A stretch of 64,000 nucleotides of DNA, from assembly GCA_030141605.1 (NCBI GenBank), contig JAQGDQ010000183.1:362241-426240 (forward strand), in the 5' to 3' direction. The DNA is from Tubiluchus corallicola. Lineage: Eukaryota > Animalia > Priapulida. The translations under genes were made by a program, and so were the position numbers. Under the pieces are notes generated by a model. That model did not search any database. It was not told the DNA's origin and was given only the letters and a program-made list of their open reading frames with translations. Of this stretch, positions 62,235 through 64,000 are shown in pieces. How positions within the stretch are numbered: position 1 is the first letter of the stretch; each line of letters opens with the position of its first letter.

Positions 62235-62636
62235 GCGGGATGCCCACACTGCATCTCGACACTAGGTGGAGGAGCTGCACAAGGCAGCCAACGGCTAGAG
62301 AGCGGAGGAGGTCAAGTGACCCTTCCAAATCAGGAGTGGAGCCCCGAAGGCGGGCCAGTGCAGCATGCTCACTGACTCCGGCAGCTCCTGCAGCCAACCT
62401 GGTGCCAAATGTATCGCTCCGCTTTCCTTTGGACTACACCAGGGAGGAAGAGAGGGGGTTCCTGTTGTCTGCATCTCCATACATCTTGCCCAGGTGTGCA
62501 CCCTGGAGAGGCCACTCCAGTGGTTCAAGGATCGGATTGCTCAGCCACCGTCGACGCTGCAGCTCCATCAATGTGATCAATAACTGACTCTCTTGGCGCA
62601 CACTCCATTGTCTTCCGACACAGAAGGATGCCAACA
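62115..62636 (+). mobile_element. 5S rRNA-derived SINE (SINE3-like), full-length head
   Basis: 62115-62234 is a 5S sequence (CTACGGCC...GATC...AGTTAAGC...GGTTAGTACTTGG...GGTGCTGTAGGCTT) running without a T4+ terminator into a body of about 400 bp shared with 28899-29337. Confidence 0.85.
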
Positions 62637-62712
62637 ATTTTATTTGATTATCAGAAACACTTTGGCGTTATTGTAGGTATGCCTCGGTTGTCTAATATTG
62701 ATGTGGCTTCCA

Positions 62713-62952
<240 letters not shown>

Positions 62953-63327
62953 ACGAAGAAGATGTTTCCTGCAAACTGTGTGAACACTAACCCGGTCAAA
63001 CAAATACCACGATTCTCTAATATTGATGTGGCTTCCATCAGCTCTATATTCAGCCGTAATGATACCAAACTGTTGTGGACTATATTCACCAGTGCCTGAA
63101 ATGTTTTGCACAATAATCACTGCTTCTTGTAGGACTGATAACATAATGCAAAATGTGTTAATTATACTGCTAGCCTCTGTTTATAAGACTTTTACGATCG
63201 TCAGTGTATTAATGTTTTGGAGAAAATTTTGGACCAACTTACAATGTTATTTTCCGTGCAGCTACGCTGATCATAATGTAATCATAGTCCTTGCTTACTT
63301 GCCGATTTAGGCTGTATTATATTTGTG

Positions 63328-64000
63328 CAAAATAAGTATATCTTGTGTACTTTATTCTGATTATGAGCTAGAAAGTACCGTGCAATGCTACAAATACGTG
63401 TATCTTGTGTACTTTATTCTGATTATGAGCTAGAAAGTACCTTGCAATGCTACAAATACGTGTATCTTGTGTACTTTAATTCTGATTATGAGCTAGAAAG
63501 TACCGCGCAATGCTACAAATAAGTGTATCTTGTGTACTTAATTCTGATTATGAACTACAAAGTACCGTGCAATGCTACAAATAAGTGCATCTTGTGTACT
63601 TTAATTCTGATTATGAGCTAGAAAGTACCGTGCAATGCTACAAATAAGTGTATCTTGTGTACTTTAATTCTGATTATGAGCTAGAAAGTACCGTGCAATG
63701 CTACAAATAAGTGTATATTGTGTACTTTAACTATAATTATGAGCTAGAAAGTGCCGTGCAATGCTACAAATACGTGCATCTTGTGTACTTTAATTCTGAT
63801 TATGAGCTACAAAGTACCGTGCAATGCTACAAATAAGTGTATCTTGTGTACTTTAATTATAATTATGAGCTAGAAAGTACCGTGCAATGCTACAAATAAG
63901 TGTATCTTGTGTACTTTAATTATGATTATGAGCTACAAAGTACCGTGCAATGCTACAAATAAGTGTATCTTGTGTACTTTAATTCTGATTATGAGCTACA
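63328..64000. repeat. About 63-bp tandem array, runs off the window
   Basis: GTATCTTGTGTACTTTAATTCTGATTATGAGCTAGAAAGTACCGTGCAATGCTACAAATAAGT repeats. Confidence 0.96.

Overview
AT-rich, intron- and transposon-rich animal (probably invertebrate) genomic DNA. It holds four protein-coding genes, reconstructed by hand from GT-AG junctions with consistent reading phases. (1) The last 7 exons of a DEG/ENaC/ASIC-family channel (+, 917-11273; 5' part lies outside the window). (2) A complete 13-coding-exon Polycomb gene Scm (-, 41884 to 17735, about 767 aa: 2 FCS zinc fingers, 2 MBT, SLED, SAM). (3) and (4) An intronless tandem pair, LSm6 (53494-53739) and EXOSC7/Rrp42 (54919-55809), head-to-head with Scm. 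Introns and intergenic DNA hold hAT, Tc1/mariner/pogo and piggyBac MITEs, a Helitron, LINE fragments, tRNA- and 5S-derived SINEs and many local tandem arrays. Best leads: (a) LSm6 and EXOSC7 look like an operon or shared-leader unit, since each ATG has its own splice acceptor and the ORFs are only about 135 nt apart once an 87-bp x13 amplification of the LSm6 3' end is collapsed; (b) a 31-nt inverted copy of an Scm MBT exon sits in the upstream intron and would pair with the exon with one A:C mismatch, like an ADAR editing-complementary sequence; (c) the channel has lost both cysteines of one conserved thumb disulfide.
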